IMG/VR virus record: IMGVR_UViG_3300033489_000513
DNA: 64,000 nucleotides
Strand: one strand, 5' to 3'
From: a virus
The notes beneath the pieces were generated by a model. The model made no database searches. It was given only the letters and a program-made list of their open reading frames with translations, and had not been told where the DNA came from. Shown piece after piece: positions 18,457-27,399 of this stretch (within the stretch, counting starts at the first letter, position 1; each line of letters opens with the position of its first letter). Made by a program: the position numbers and the translations under genes.

Positions 18457-20610
18457 GTGAATGACCAAATACGCACACTAATTTTATCCTTGAAAGAAGT
18501 TCCCATGGAATCTAAAGAGTGGGGTGAAAAATTCACCGAAATTTGCCAAGAAAGTCTGCTCATCAAAGATGATAATATTGAACGAGAGCGACTTCTGAAA
18601 GTTCTCGCGGATGCAACGAAATTGAGTCAAAATGCTATCAAGAAAGAATTAACGAAGCGATGGGAGGAACTCGCGCCTCCCCCACAGAAAACGGAAATTG
18701 TAACGAGCGATGAACTCGAAGAGGAAGATGAAGAAGATTTTGATGATAAAGTTCCCCTCGTCCAATATCGGACGGGGGATTCGTATTTATTCGAGTGGTT
18801 TAATACTGGCATCTTGATGCGACAAACAAGGAGAAAAACGACCACACGTGATTATTGTTGGAAATGGAATAGCTTCCAACTTGATTTTATTTACGATGGC
18901 GAATTTAAAAATTACATTGCATATGATTTTACGATAAATGGGATTCCATACCAATATATTACATCAAAACATATAGCTTCCCGGTTGTCCAATTTTAATC
19001 CCATCCGTAATTGGAGTCACATTTTAGAAGTAATGATTGAACTCTATGCGAATAAATTCGCGGTAACAATCCCTCATCGATTATATGGTAGATTTTGTGG
19101 TTATACTTCTGACGGATTTCAATTACCAGATAAATTCCATTTTCCCGCTTCAACAACCGAAACAATTCAAAGCATTCACAAAAATATCCTGAATATCACG
19201 AAACCTCCCGTCATACCTTACGAAGAAATTAAGCAAAAAGTAATTAATCTCTATAATGCAACCCACATCCGAATGAAGGATCTCCTATTCGCCTGGGCGA
19301 TGGTGAGTTATCTCGAAACCGCTCTTCTTCCTTATACGAATGTGCGGATGTGGTTTGCCCTTTTCGCGCCAAGCGGGGCTACGGGAAAGACAAAAGCTTT
19401 AAAAAGTGTGACGTGGAAATTTTGGAATAACATGGATGGAAAAAAGGAAGTTCTCTCGAAGGATAACGCGATGTCAGAATCCCGCCTTCAAGAATATCTC
19501 GCGGCTGATGCATTTCCAAAAGTTATCGATGATTGTGGGGAATTGGGGGAAACTTGTATGAGTACCATTAAAACGTATTGCACGGAAGATTCGGGATTTT
19601 ATCGGAAATCCTCAGATCAGTCAATTAAAATTAATGCTCCCCTCATCGCGCCTCTCGGATTCACGTTTAATACTATCCCTACTATGTTTTTTGAAGAAGC
19701 ATTCCTCACTCGTGGCATAATTATACTCGCAGACCGGCATTTTAGCGCAGAAGAAACAGAAGAATATCTCACAGCATATAATAATTTACGAGAAGGATTA
19801 GCTGGGCAATATATTATCCACTGTATGGAAGAACGTTTCTCCACTTTCAAGGAAATTCTGGATTTATTTGAACAAATGCCGAAACCCCCATCCCATTTCA
19901 AAGATCGTCAACGACCGATTTGGAAATTGCTCTGTTTGGGAGCTACTTTTTTTCAAATGTTTTTTGGGCAATCTCTCGACATTCAAAAGCTCCTTCCTGA
20001 AGCTATCGAGTATATGGATAAACTCGGAGACGAAGAACTATTTTCTTTCGTAATTGAGATGCGGAATTGTTTTGAAGCAGGAGATGGAGTTAAACCAAAA
20101 TGGTTGAAAACGGGGATTTTTGAAATAACTACCGTGAATGATGAACCGGCGTATACCTTTTCAGCATCAGCATATTATGATATTTGCGCATTTCTCCGCA
20201 AGCCATACAAAGAAAAACTTTCTTTTACGAACATTGAACAGAATCTTAAAAAACGATGGCCAGGAACGAAATATAAAAACGTTAGAACTAGAAATACTAA
20301 ATCTCCAGTTCACCAAATTGTTATTCCAAAATCTGATATAGATATTACTAATCCACTCGATTCTGTACAAGATGTGTTAACTGCTGACCCAACGCATATT
20401 GAAAAAGGGGAAAGAGTTTTAAAAGAAATGTACAAAGAATCGGAATATAAATCCTTCGATTTAGATACTTTCCGCGAGAGATTGAAATTAGATTTGCCCG
20501 AAACGTCCATCGAAGCAGTAATTCATACTCTTCTCAATATGGGAAAAGCTAAAAAGTTTGTTGTGGAAAATATAAGTCCCGCGAATTATGAGGGGGAAAA
20601 TGAAAATTGA
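18457..20610 (+). CDS. P-loop NTPase, putative replicative helicase (SF3/DUF927-like)
   Basis: GTG start after GGAGG; Walker A-like APSGATGKT, Walker B-like VIDD, GFTFN sensor-like motif, C-terminal wHTH-like segment. Confidence 0.55.
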   Translation: MNDQIRTLILSLKEVPMESKEWGEKFTEICQESLLIKDDNIERERLLKVLADATKLSQNAIKKELTKRWEELAPPPQKTEIVTSDELEEEDEEDFDDKVPLVQYRTGDSYLFEWFNTGILMRQTRRKTTTRDYCWKWNSFQLDFIYDGEFKNYIAYDFTINGIPYQYITSKHIASRLSNFNPIRNWSHILEVMIELYANKFAVTIPHRLYGRFCGYTSDGFQLPDKFHFPASTTETIQSIHKNILNITKPPVIPYEEIKQKVINLYNATHIRMKDLLFAWAMVSYLETALLPYTNVRMWFALFAPSGATGKTKALKSVTWKFWNNMDGKKEVLSKDNAMSESRLQEYLAADAFPKVIDDCGELGETCMSTIKTYCTEDSGFYRKSSDQSIKINAPLIAPLGFTFNTIPTMFFEEAFLTRGIIILADRHFSAEETEEYLTAYNNLREGLAGQYIIHCMEERFSTFKEILDLFEQMPKPPSHFKDRQRPIWKLLCLGATFFQMFFGQSLDIQKLLPEAIEYMDKLGDEELFSFVIEMRNCFEAGDGVKPKWLKTGIFEITTVNDEPAYTFSASAYYDICAFLRKPYKEKLSFTNIEQNLKKRWPGTKYKNVRTRNTKSPVHQIVIPKSDIDITNPLDSVQDVLTADPTHIEKGERVLKEMYKESEYKSFDLDTFRERLKLDLPETSIEAVIHTLLNMGKAKKFVVENISPANYEGENEN

Positions 20611-20657
20611 GTTGTGAGAAGGTTTAAATTTACCAAAAAGGATAGATATATGGTTTT

Positions 20658-20879
20658 ATGATTATGATTTGTAAACAATTACAACAAAAACCTCCATTGG
20701 GTCCATCACATCCTGAAGATAAGACTGCCAAAATTCCTGAAAAATGTCCGCTTTGTGGTGCGCCCACGGTTGTAGATTACATTTCTTTAAGTCCCCTAAA
20801 AATTGCTGTTTGGTGTGGAAGCGACAAGAACTCAATAAATGAAGATGAAAATTGCCAGTGGGGATTTGAAATTGAGTGA
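20658..20879 (+). CDS. Zn-ribbon protein
   Basis: CPLCG..WC..C; own class A promoter 20612-20628. Confidence 0.55.
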   Translation: MIMICKQLQQKPPLGPSHPEDKTAKIPEKCPLCGAPTVVDYISLSPLKIAVWCGSDKNSINEDENCQWGFEIE

Positions 20880-21240
20880 TTTACCATACAGAGAATGGTT
20901 AAAACAAACCGAATGGTTTGGAAAGGCAGGAATCATCTTTTCCGATTGCGAATTTTGTTATAAAGAATACAATCATCTTGGAATTATGGTTTGGTGTGGT
21001 ATCCAACAACGAAATGAATGTTCTAATTGTCCAAAATATAAACCGACAGAACCTCAGGATCTCTGTCCTTTCACGCAATATTTCACTGTGGGCTGTCCAT
21101 ATCCGTGTCCTAATATGAGTGATGAAGATTGTCATTTACCCCACGAAGATGCGGCAAAATTGGAAAAGGAACTCGAAAATCTGCCTAAACCTTTTCGTTT
21201 TCGTTCAGTTTATGAACTTGCTTTGAAATGGTCCGATTAA
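20839..21240 (+). CDS. Cys-rich hypothetical protein
   Basis: CEFC, CSNC, CPYPC. Confidence 0.5.
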   Translation: MKMKIASGDLKLSDLPYREWLKQTEWFGKAGIIFSDCEFCYKEYNHLGIMVWCGIQQRNECSNCPKYKPTEPQDLCPFTQYFTVGCPYPCPNMSDEDCHLPHEDAAKLEKELENLPKPFRFRSVYELALKWSD

Positions 21241-21250
21241 GATTCAGGCA

Positions 21251-21327
21251 CGGTTCATCCCCGCACTCAAAATATACAATGCTTTCTCCATTACTTTTCG
21301 GTTCATCCCCGCACATATGGGCGAGAC
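21251..21327 (-). CRISPR. degenerate type I-E-like repeat-spacer-half repeat
   Basis: CGGTTCATCCCCGCAC at 21251-21266 and 21299-21314, 32-nt interval; second copy extends to a 29-nt I-E-like repeat. Confidence 0.4.
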
Positions 21328-21555
21328 CCTAACATCTCGACCTATTTATCCATAACATCGAGATGCATAACCATCGCCTTTGTATGGGGTTCCAGTGTTA
21401 TAGACTGAGGGCATAACCGTATGCCCGCTATCCCTCCCGCGAATGCGTTTGGGACTACCTTTCGGATGATAGATTTTTTGCTTTGTGACAAAGCGAAGAT
21501 AATTCAGGAGTTTTTTCGACTCGTTTTTGAGTTACAATTTTTATATTATTTCCTC

Positions 21556-21885
21556 CTATTGAGGCACTTTAAAGCACGAATTATGTTTTGTAAAACCAAG
21601 GCGTTTGCCGAAATCTTTGGAATATTTTGCGGAGGATGTATTAAATAATATATTTTTAGATTCTCCCGATTCGCTAGCCCATAAGATAAGAAGGAGAAAA
21701 TCCCGCCCGTGTTTTTTATTGGGAATCCACCCAAAGATATCAAAAAACCAAGAATCGTCATCTATCTGCCAATCATCATCGTCATCCGTTACCATCTTAC
21801 AAGTATAACGATCCCACGTCACTTCAGGAAGGTCTTTGCGTAAACCTTTCATAATATCTTGAATAACATAATCAATTTTAGTCAT
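21556..21885 (-). CDS. hypothetical protein
   Basis: 109 aa, starts 19 nt downstream of kt2. Confidence 0.6.
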   Translation of the reverse strand: MTKIDYVIQDIMKGLRKDLPEVTWDRYTCKMVTDDDDDWQIDDDSWFFDIFGWIPNKKHGRDFLLLILWASESGESKNILFNTSSAKYSKDFGKRLGFTKHNSCFKVPQ

Positions 21886-21903
21886 TTGGATTCCTCAGAT
21901 TCA

Positions 21904-21965
21904 AGTAGTCACGAAAAAGAATGGACCCAATTGTTGAGTTTGAAAGTACAAACGATCATCCTACC
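21904..21965 (-). ncRNA. k-turn-closed guide-like sRNA kt2
   Basis: GGUAG-GAU-GA-UCG [39 nt] CG-U-GA-CUACU; TATA 21989-21994. Confidence 0.7.
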
Positions 21966-21977
21966 AAGCATTGTTAT

Positions 21978-21994
21978 TTGTGAGAATATTTAAA
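21978..21994. promoter_or_regulatory. bidirectional TTGTGAGAATA-TTTAAA promoter
   Basis: TTTAAA is 26 nt from + ATG 22021 and 23 nt from the 5' end of kt2 on the minus strand. Confidence 0.55.
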
Positions 21995-22020
21995 TATTTG
22001 TTCCTAAAAGAGATTATCAT

Positions 22021-22287
22021 ATGCTAATTCTTATTTCGACAAAAGGGGAATTGGATGCATTTTACGCAAAGGAAGGCCATCAATGGGACAATAAAGAATG
22101 GGAAGATCGCGTGTGGGAAATAATCAAACGGGGATTACCTAATATTGATTCGTTAAAATGTGAAGACATTGCTTGTAAAAAAACCGTGTGGAAATTTCGT
22201 TATAATATGGCGGGGGAAATTCACTATATTTATTGTAAAAAACATTGGAATGAAATTATGCCACACGTTAAATTCTTTTCAGTATGA
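22021..22287 (+). CDS. hypothetical Zn-finger protein
   Basis: CEDIAC..YCKKH. Confidence 0.55.
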   Translation: MLILISTKGELDAFYAKEGHQWDNKEWEDRVWEIIKRGLPNIDSLKCEDIACKKTVWKFRYNMAGEIHYIYCKKHWNEIMPHVKFFSV

Positions 22288-22448
22288 AAATAAACGGAGA
22301 TTGAGAATTGAGGATTTTCGATGGAAAGTGAAATCAATCGTTCGAATTGCAATGAAGAATGTTATGGTTGTTGCCATTCAGCTTGCCATAAATGTGTTGA
22401 AGTAGAGTATTGCGGGAAAGCATACAATGTGGCGAATTGTAATAATAT

Positions 22449-22709
22449 TTGTCGAGTGCATATGTTATGGTAAATCCAGCAGACCAGCGAGTCCCCAAGC
22501 AGATAAAAGATGAGATCGAATTAATCGTGCAATGGTTGGACAACGACCGAATCGCGCCCTTATCTTCGGGCGAGCGGGCGCTATTTTACTTCATTCGGGA
22601 CGTGAATTTCGATGTCGAAGATTTTGGAGTAATTCTGAAAGAGCATTTTCCTGGGTTATGGTATCGCTTAGTTGGGGAGGCTCAGTTATACAAAAAACGG
22701 AGCAGGTAA
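22449..22709 (+). CDS. hypothetical protein
   Basis: ORF in + run; start may be the second Met. Confidence 0.45.
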   Translation: MSSAYVMVNPADQRVPKQIKDEIELIVQWLDNDRIAPLSSGERALFYFIRDVNFDVEDFGVILKEHFPGLWYRLVGEAQLYKKRSR

Positions 22710-22710
22710 T

Positions 22711-22941
22711 ATGGAAACGTTTCAAAAAGAATTGGAAGAACAGTTTTTTAATTGGTGTCAATTTCGTTTCAAGCATTCCACAGAATTGCCCGCTAAACCT
22801 CCTGTAATAAAAGAATTTATGCTAAGTTTACCTGATGAAACACTAAATAAACTCTGGAAAGTCTTTGCTCAAGAATGGAAAAAGAAATTCGTTAAAAGAT
22901 GGATAAAGGAGAAAGATTTGAATGAAAAAAGAAGCACCTAA
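22711..22941 (+). CDS. hypothetical protein
   Basis: likely start METFQK one base after previous stop. Confidence 0.5.
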   Translation: METFQKELEEQFFNWCQFRFKHSTELPAKPPVIKEFMLSLPDETLNKLWKVFAQEWKKKFVKRWIKEKDLNEKRST

Positions 22942-23266
22942 ACGGGGAACGCTTGTTCCCGTGGAAATTGAAGGTTATAGTCCCACCCGCCGTTTTGAAG
23001 TATGGTATTATGGACATAGATTAACACCCCAAGAAATCTTCCACCCGCCTGCGGATGGATCGTATGCGTGGGAGAAGAGTTTTAGAGATATAGATGATGG
23101 AAAATTAAGTGAATCTGATTTTGAGTATATCATCTATGAAGAATGGTGGCGCTGGGGAATTTGTACTTGTGGGGATGACCATAACCGTGATATTTATGAA
23201 GCAGAACCCCACGCCCGAGGAGCATTTCCCGTTACCCGTATTAATTTCAAACAAAAAGATTCTTAA
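22922..23266 (+). CDS. hypothetical protein
   Basis: 114 aa. Confidence 0.55.
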   Translation: MKKEAPKRGTLVPVEIEGYSPTRRFEVWYYGHRLTPQEIFHPPADGSYAWEKSFRDIDDGKLSESDFEYIIYEEWWRWGICTCGDDHNRDIYEAEPHARGAFPVTRINFKQKDS

Positions 23267-23270
23267 TTTT

Positions 23271-23504
23271 TTAGGATTTTTCCGAACAAGCGTTACATTT
23301 ATTTTCGGATACTTCGCGGGTAAAAGGAACGTATTTCAATAAATCCAACGCCGATAAAATGAGTTTTTGGGCTTCTCTCAATCTGTCTTCAATCATTTTT
23401 CGTTCCAATACGCAGTCAACTTGTTTCATTGCATTGCGGAGAATTTCATTTTTATCTTCTCCAACTATTTTTTCAGATTCTTTCATTATATCCCACTTCC
23501 ACAT
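23271..23504 (-). CDS. hypothetical protein
   Basis: 77 aa, convergent with + run. Confidence 0.45.
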   Translation of the reverse strand: MWKWDIMKESEKIVGEDKNEILRNAMKQVDCVLERKMIEDRLREAQKLILSALDLLKYVPFTREVSENKCNACSEKS

Positions 23505-24004
23505 TCTTCACGAGGGATGTTACATCCCATACATAGTGGTTCATTTCGAGAAAGGCAAACTAATTTAATAATGAAAGGAAGAGAACATCGTGTGGATTGC
23601 CAGGGTTTTTCATTTATATTAATTGAAATAACTTCTTTTCCATTTTTCCAGATAACTTCTGTTCTTGCGCCATAGCCCCGCCGAACAGAAATTTCATCAT
23701 TTCCAAGATACATGGATGTTTTCCACGGAAATAAGGTTAATCGTGAATCTTCCATCCCACTAGCTGCTTCGCAGAGGATTGAATCTGGGTCATAATCCAC
23801 GCCAAGCGAAGAAACCCTTCTTTTTTGGAGGATTGAACATAATTCTTTTTCAAATTGTTCCAGTTGTGTAGGTGTAGGCGATCCTGATTTGGCGAAGATC
23901 ATAGTATTAAGACTTGCCGCCGTTAAATCTTTCGCCCCATTATCAAAATGAGGATTCTTCAATTGTTCACCCCACCAGTGGGCGGCAAAAGCATATTGAT
24001 CCAT
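23486..24004 (-). CDS. conserved phage-type hypothetical protein
   Basis: AAHWW..DNG...LGVDYDPDSIL.EAA...FPWKTSM...VRRGYGA pattern. Confidence 0.65.
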   Translation of the reverse strand: MDQYAFAAHWWGEQLKNPHFDNGAKDLTAASLNTMIFAKSGSPTPTQLEQFEKELCSILQKRRVSSLGVDYDPDSILCEAASGMEDSRLTLFPWKTSMYLGNDEISVRRGYGARTEVIWKNGKEVISININEKPWQSTRCSLPFIIKLVCLSRNEPLCMGCNIPREECGSGI

Positions 24005-24331
24005 TTCGGTTCAATCCATCATTATTTCATCGATGTGATATATTTCTTTTTCCCAACCATATTTTCCCCACTGGATGCAGAGAATCATTCGATGGTTGTA
24101 AATTATGATGTAGTGAGTTCGGTAATCGTTTCCCGCGTTGTATTCCTTGATTTTCCCGAGAAAAATCTTCATAAGATACTCTTCAGACATTAATTATTCA
24201 TCCTTTCTTGTTGTCATTTCTCTTTTGTAGAAGCACTCTCTTTTGTATTTCCAAAAGCTGAAATTCATATTTTCACTTTCCTCTTTTGTGAGAAGTAGTA
24301 GTAAAAAGGGATATATAAGGTTTGTGAGAGA

Positions 24332-24388
24332 GACCATCACGTTAAAAATTACACAAAAACACTTGGACTATGAGCCGATCATTTGGTC
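24332..24388 (-). ncRNA. k-turn-closed guide-like sRNA kt3
   Basis: GACCA-AAU-GA-UCG [34 nt] CG-U-GA-UGGUC; promoter 24404-24419 overprinted on the upstream gene end. Confidence 0.7.
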
Positions 24389-24398
24389 GTGAATAGTT

Positions 24399-25100
24399 TT
24401 AGATGTGAGAACATTTAAAAGTTTGTTGTTTGATATATCCAAAACTTCCACGTAATAATTTTGGTTTCACGATTGTAAATTTCCCTAATTCATGTATTAA
24501 TCGCATAACTTTATCTAAAGAAGGTTCGGGGAGATTACAGTTTTTCGTATCAAATCCAACATATACTCGCATAGGATCTATATTCCGAACCATATCTACG
24601 AGTTTTTCTAAATCAAATTCCAGGATTGGTTCGATTGTCACAATATCAATATTCCCCGTTTGGATCGCGAGGGCATATCTCACAGAAGGAGAGGGAGCTT
24701 TAGAAATGAGATTATATCCTACATCCCGATTGGTTTCTAATGTAATTCCCCGCCAAACATTCTTGGGCCAATCATATTGAGAGAATGCAGATGGTTTTTT
24801 GGTTTGAAAAAAGAATTGTTTGTGATATAAATCGCTTACTCGTTTTAAGATTAATTTCATCCATTCTGGTTCTGCAAAGGAAAAATCCCCGCTGGCCCAC
24901 GCCCAAATAAATTGATCTCCCGAAGTAGTAGGGAGAGGTTGTCGCAATCGTTCAGGGTGGAAATGGGGCGTAAAATAATAACAACGTTCACAATTATGAA
25001 GCTGGCGTTTAGCCTGAGCTTGGAAGGATTTTACACAATATACGCATCCAAATAAACAACCTTGCCCAACGCTCCACCTTTTTACTGCGTCCGAATACAT
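24399..25100 (-). CDS. DUF5131/Gp37Gp68-like radical SAM protein
   Basis: GCLFGCVYC (CxxxCxxC), FAWASGDF, FQTKKP, VTIEPIL. Confidence 0.7.
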   Translation of the reverse strand: MYSDAVKRWSVGQGCLFGCVYCVKSFQAQAKRQLHNCERCYYFTPHFHPERLRQPLPTTSGDQFIWAWASGDFSFAEPEWMKLILKRVSDLYHKQFFFQTKKPSAFSQYDWPKNVWRGITLETNRDVGYNLISKAPSPSVRYALAIQTGNIDIVTIEPILEFDLEKLVDMVRNIDPMRVYVGFDTKNCNLPEPSLDKVMRLIHELGKFTIVKPKLLRGSFGYIKQQTFKCSHI

Positions 25101-25365
25101 ATTTTTAGGTGGAATCAGAGATATTCCCCACGTTTAACTTGTTTTTCCCACCGCGATTTATGCCAAAAATATAATTGAATATAATAATTAATAGAGCAGA
25201 ACATTTCTGAATCTGAATAGAAATTAGAAGCATAAGTCTCGCTGATGCTCCGATTGAGGAGGATATTGTCCAAATACCAATGCATTTTCGCGATGTGAGG
25301 ATATTTGCCGCCCATTTAAAACAGTCCTTTCAATTCATTTTTATCAACATCAAAAAGATCGACCA

Positions 25366-25623
25366 TTATTTATCCTCCTCTTCTTCAATCCATTCTTTAC
25401 TTTCCGCGCAGAAGAGCCCTTTCTCCAAGTCAATGATCTCGTACCGGGTCACGAGAGTTTTATGTTTCCCGTACAAGGTCTGCAGGATCAAAGGGGGTTG
25501 GAGCTTGCGCTCCTTATCCAGAAGGCGAATCTTGCGGCGGGTTTCATTCAACAAATCAACCAACTCATCGCGATCCCAAGACCACGATTCCAGAATTTTC
25601 ACGTTTTCCAATCCTTTAATCAT
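25366..25623 (-). CDS. hypothetical protein
   Basis: 85 aa in coupled run. Confidence 0.5.
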   Translation of the reverse strand: MIKGLENVKILESWSWDRDELVDLLNETRRKIRLLDKERKLQPPLILQTLYGKHKTLVTRYEIIDLEKGLFCAESKEWIEEEEDK

Positions 25624-25956
25624 TTAATCATCCCACGTATCTATATAAATAGCTTCTTCAAAATATTTGCAATGTTTCTTAGGACCTTTATTTCGGCTGA
25701 TATCTCCAAGATTGGATTTTCCCTTTACATTCCATTTAGGAGCCTTACAATGTTGATCTTCGTCCCCCCATCTGCAATGAGTACATAAACCCATATTGGA
25801 AAGGTGTTCCGATTCTGCTTCTTGAGAACGCCTTTCTTCTTCTTCCAGACAACCAGGACATTCATCATATACACCTTCCCAATGCCCGTGTTTAGAACAC
25901 GTTCCATCATAAGGATGCATTCGCTCCCATTCATCATTCGGATCTAGGAAACTCAT
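25624..25956 (-). CDS. Cys/His-rich hypothetical protein
   Basis: CSKHG..CPGC..CTHC..CKYF. Confidence 0.55.
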   Translation of the reverse strand: MSFLDPNDEWERMHPYDGTCSKHGHWEGVYDECPGCLEEEERRSQEAESEHLSNMGLCTHCRWGDEDQHCKAPKWNVKGKSNLGDISRNKGPKKHCKYFEEAIYIDTWDD

Positions 25957-26227
25957 AAGTTTTCCCTTCCACTATACCTTTTTTCGCTAAAAACCTTGCT
26001 CGTTCCATCTCTTCGGAAAGTTCTGTTTGTCGCTCCATTGAAATTGTATTACTAATATGCCATAATAAAGAATGAATTTTCTCAAAAAGGAATATATCTG
26101 CCTCTTCTTTTAAAGGAATCCCGGTGGAGTTATTATCTTCAATCTCATGGTAATATTGACAAATCTGCCACAAGATGGGAATTTCCTTCCCTTCGAATAC
26201 AACTTGAACATTTCCTTGAGTTTTCAT
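25934..26227 (-). CDS. hypothetical protein
   Basis: 97 aa, coupled. Confidence 0.5.
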   Translation of the reverse strand: MKTQGNVQVVFEGKEIPILWQICQYYHEIEDNNSTGIPLKEEADIFLFEKIHSLLWHISNTISMERQTELSEEMERARFLAKKGIVEGKTYEFPRSE

Positions 26228-26424
26228 TGTTTTTCACCTAATTCGATGCGCGAGATGTAATCCCCAAGTTCTTTTATTGTCATAGCATTTGGGATTTGCA
26301 CCACCCGCGATATTAAATCTTGTTGAACTTTTTTGCGGGAACACTCGATAATTTTGATGGTGTTACCATTTTCGATCCGATATCGGATGTAGGTTTTTCC
26401 TTCAAAGCATAAAGGGATATTCAT
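26224..26424 (-). CDS. hypothetical protein
   Basis: 66 aa, ATGA overlaps on both sides. Confidence 0.5.
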   Translation of the reverse strand: MNIPLCFEGKTYIRYRIENGNTIKIIECSRKKVQQDLISRVVQIPNAMTIKELGDYISRIELGEKQ

Positions 26425-26741
26425 TTTTCTTTCTCCGATTCTTCCTTTTCTTCTATTTCCATCAATGTGAAAATCTTTTCAACATCCGCCATCCCATTGA
26501 AGGAAATCCAATACGCGGGGGAAGTTGGACATAAGAATTGGTGTTGGAATGCATCGAAAGACGGGTAAAATCTGAGATCGAGAGTCCAGTCTTCCTCGTT
26601 CCAACTACGTTCAATGGTGATAATCCCCCCATTCGGCAATACATCCAAAATATACACCCAAAATGAACACATTTCGTCAAAACACATACCTGCGCGCGGG
26701 AAGAGAAAGGCGATCTTAGTATTAAAATCGGCATCCGTCAT
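26421..26741 (-). CDS. hypothetical protein
   Basis: 106 aa. Confidence 0.55.
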   Translation of the reverse strand: MTDADFNTKIAFLFPRAGMCFDEMCSFWVYILDVLPNGGIITIERSWNEEDWTLDLRFYPSFDAFQHQFLCPTSPAYWISFNGMADVEKIFTLMEIEEKEESEKEK

Positions 26742-26754
26742 TCAAATCTTTCCT

Positions 26755-26967
26755 TTATGAATCCTTTTTGGCAAATGGTTCCAAAAATCCCGTATTCTTG
26801 AGGATGGTGAGTAATTGCAGGCGATATTTTTCTTCTAAATTATTGAAAATAGATTTAACCACAGTAACTAGTTCACCATCATTAAGTTGTTTCCGAATTT
26901 TCTCATATATCTTTCCTGCTTTATTCCAATCTTCAAAAACCATAGTCTTATCCTTCTTCATAATCAA
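26755..26967 (-). CDS. hypothetical protein
   Basis: 70 aa. Confidence 0.5.
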   Translation of the reverse strand: MIMKKDKTMVFEDWNKAGKIYEKIRKQLNDGELVTVVKSIFNNLEEKYRLQLLTILKNTGFLEPFAKKDS

Positions 26968-27130
26968 TTTTATTTAGTTTAAAATATACGCTACAGATTT
27001 CTTCACAATCTAATTCTAAATTATTATGGAAGGGAGGACACAAATTACAGAAAACGCACATACAAGAATTGCAATTGCATTCCTCGGCAGTATCTTCGCA
27101 ATCCCCACATTGAAAATTAGAGGGGTGCAT
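26948..27130 (-). CDS. small Cys-rich protein
   Basis: nine Cys in 60 aa. Confidence 0.45.
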   Translation of the reverse strand: MHPSNFQCGDCEDTAEECNCNSCMCVFCNLCPPFHNNLELDCEEICSVYFKLNKIDYEEG

Positions 27131-27140
27131 TCCAACGTGT

Positions 27141-27326
27141 TCACAAGTCTTTTTGCCTATTGGATAAATCCCCCCATTTCCAATTCACTTCGTTAATAGG
27201 CCGGAGGGAAATAAGAAATACTTTATCTTCGCCTTCTTCTTTACACGGCCAAAGGTAGAATTTTTCTACACTTCCAAAGTATTTATCCAATTTTTTAAGG
27301 AGATCCTTTTCGAGTTGTTCGTTCAT
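27141..27326 (-). CDS. hypothetical protein
   Basis: 61 aa, starts 9 nt downstream of kt4. Confidence 0.5.
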   Translation of the reverse strand: MNEQLEKDLLKKLDKYFGSVEKFYLWPCKEEGEDKVFLISLRPINEVNWKWGDLSNRQKDL

Positions 27327-27334
27327 TATTATTA

Positions 27335-27394
27335 TAACCTCACGAATAGTTTTGTAGGCAGAAACTTAAGGAAATATGATACGATCATTGGTCA
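27335..27394 (-). ncRNA. k-turn-closed guide-like sRNA kt4
   Basis: UGACC-AAU-GA-UCG [37 nt] CG-U-GA-GGUUA; separated from its promoter by the TnpB element. Confidence 0.7.
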
Positions 27395-27399
27395 ACGTT

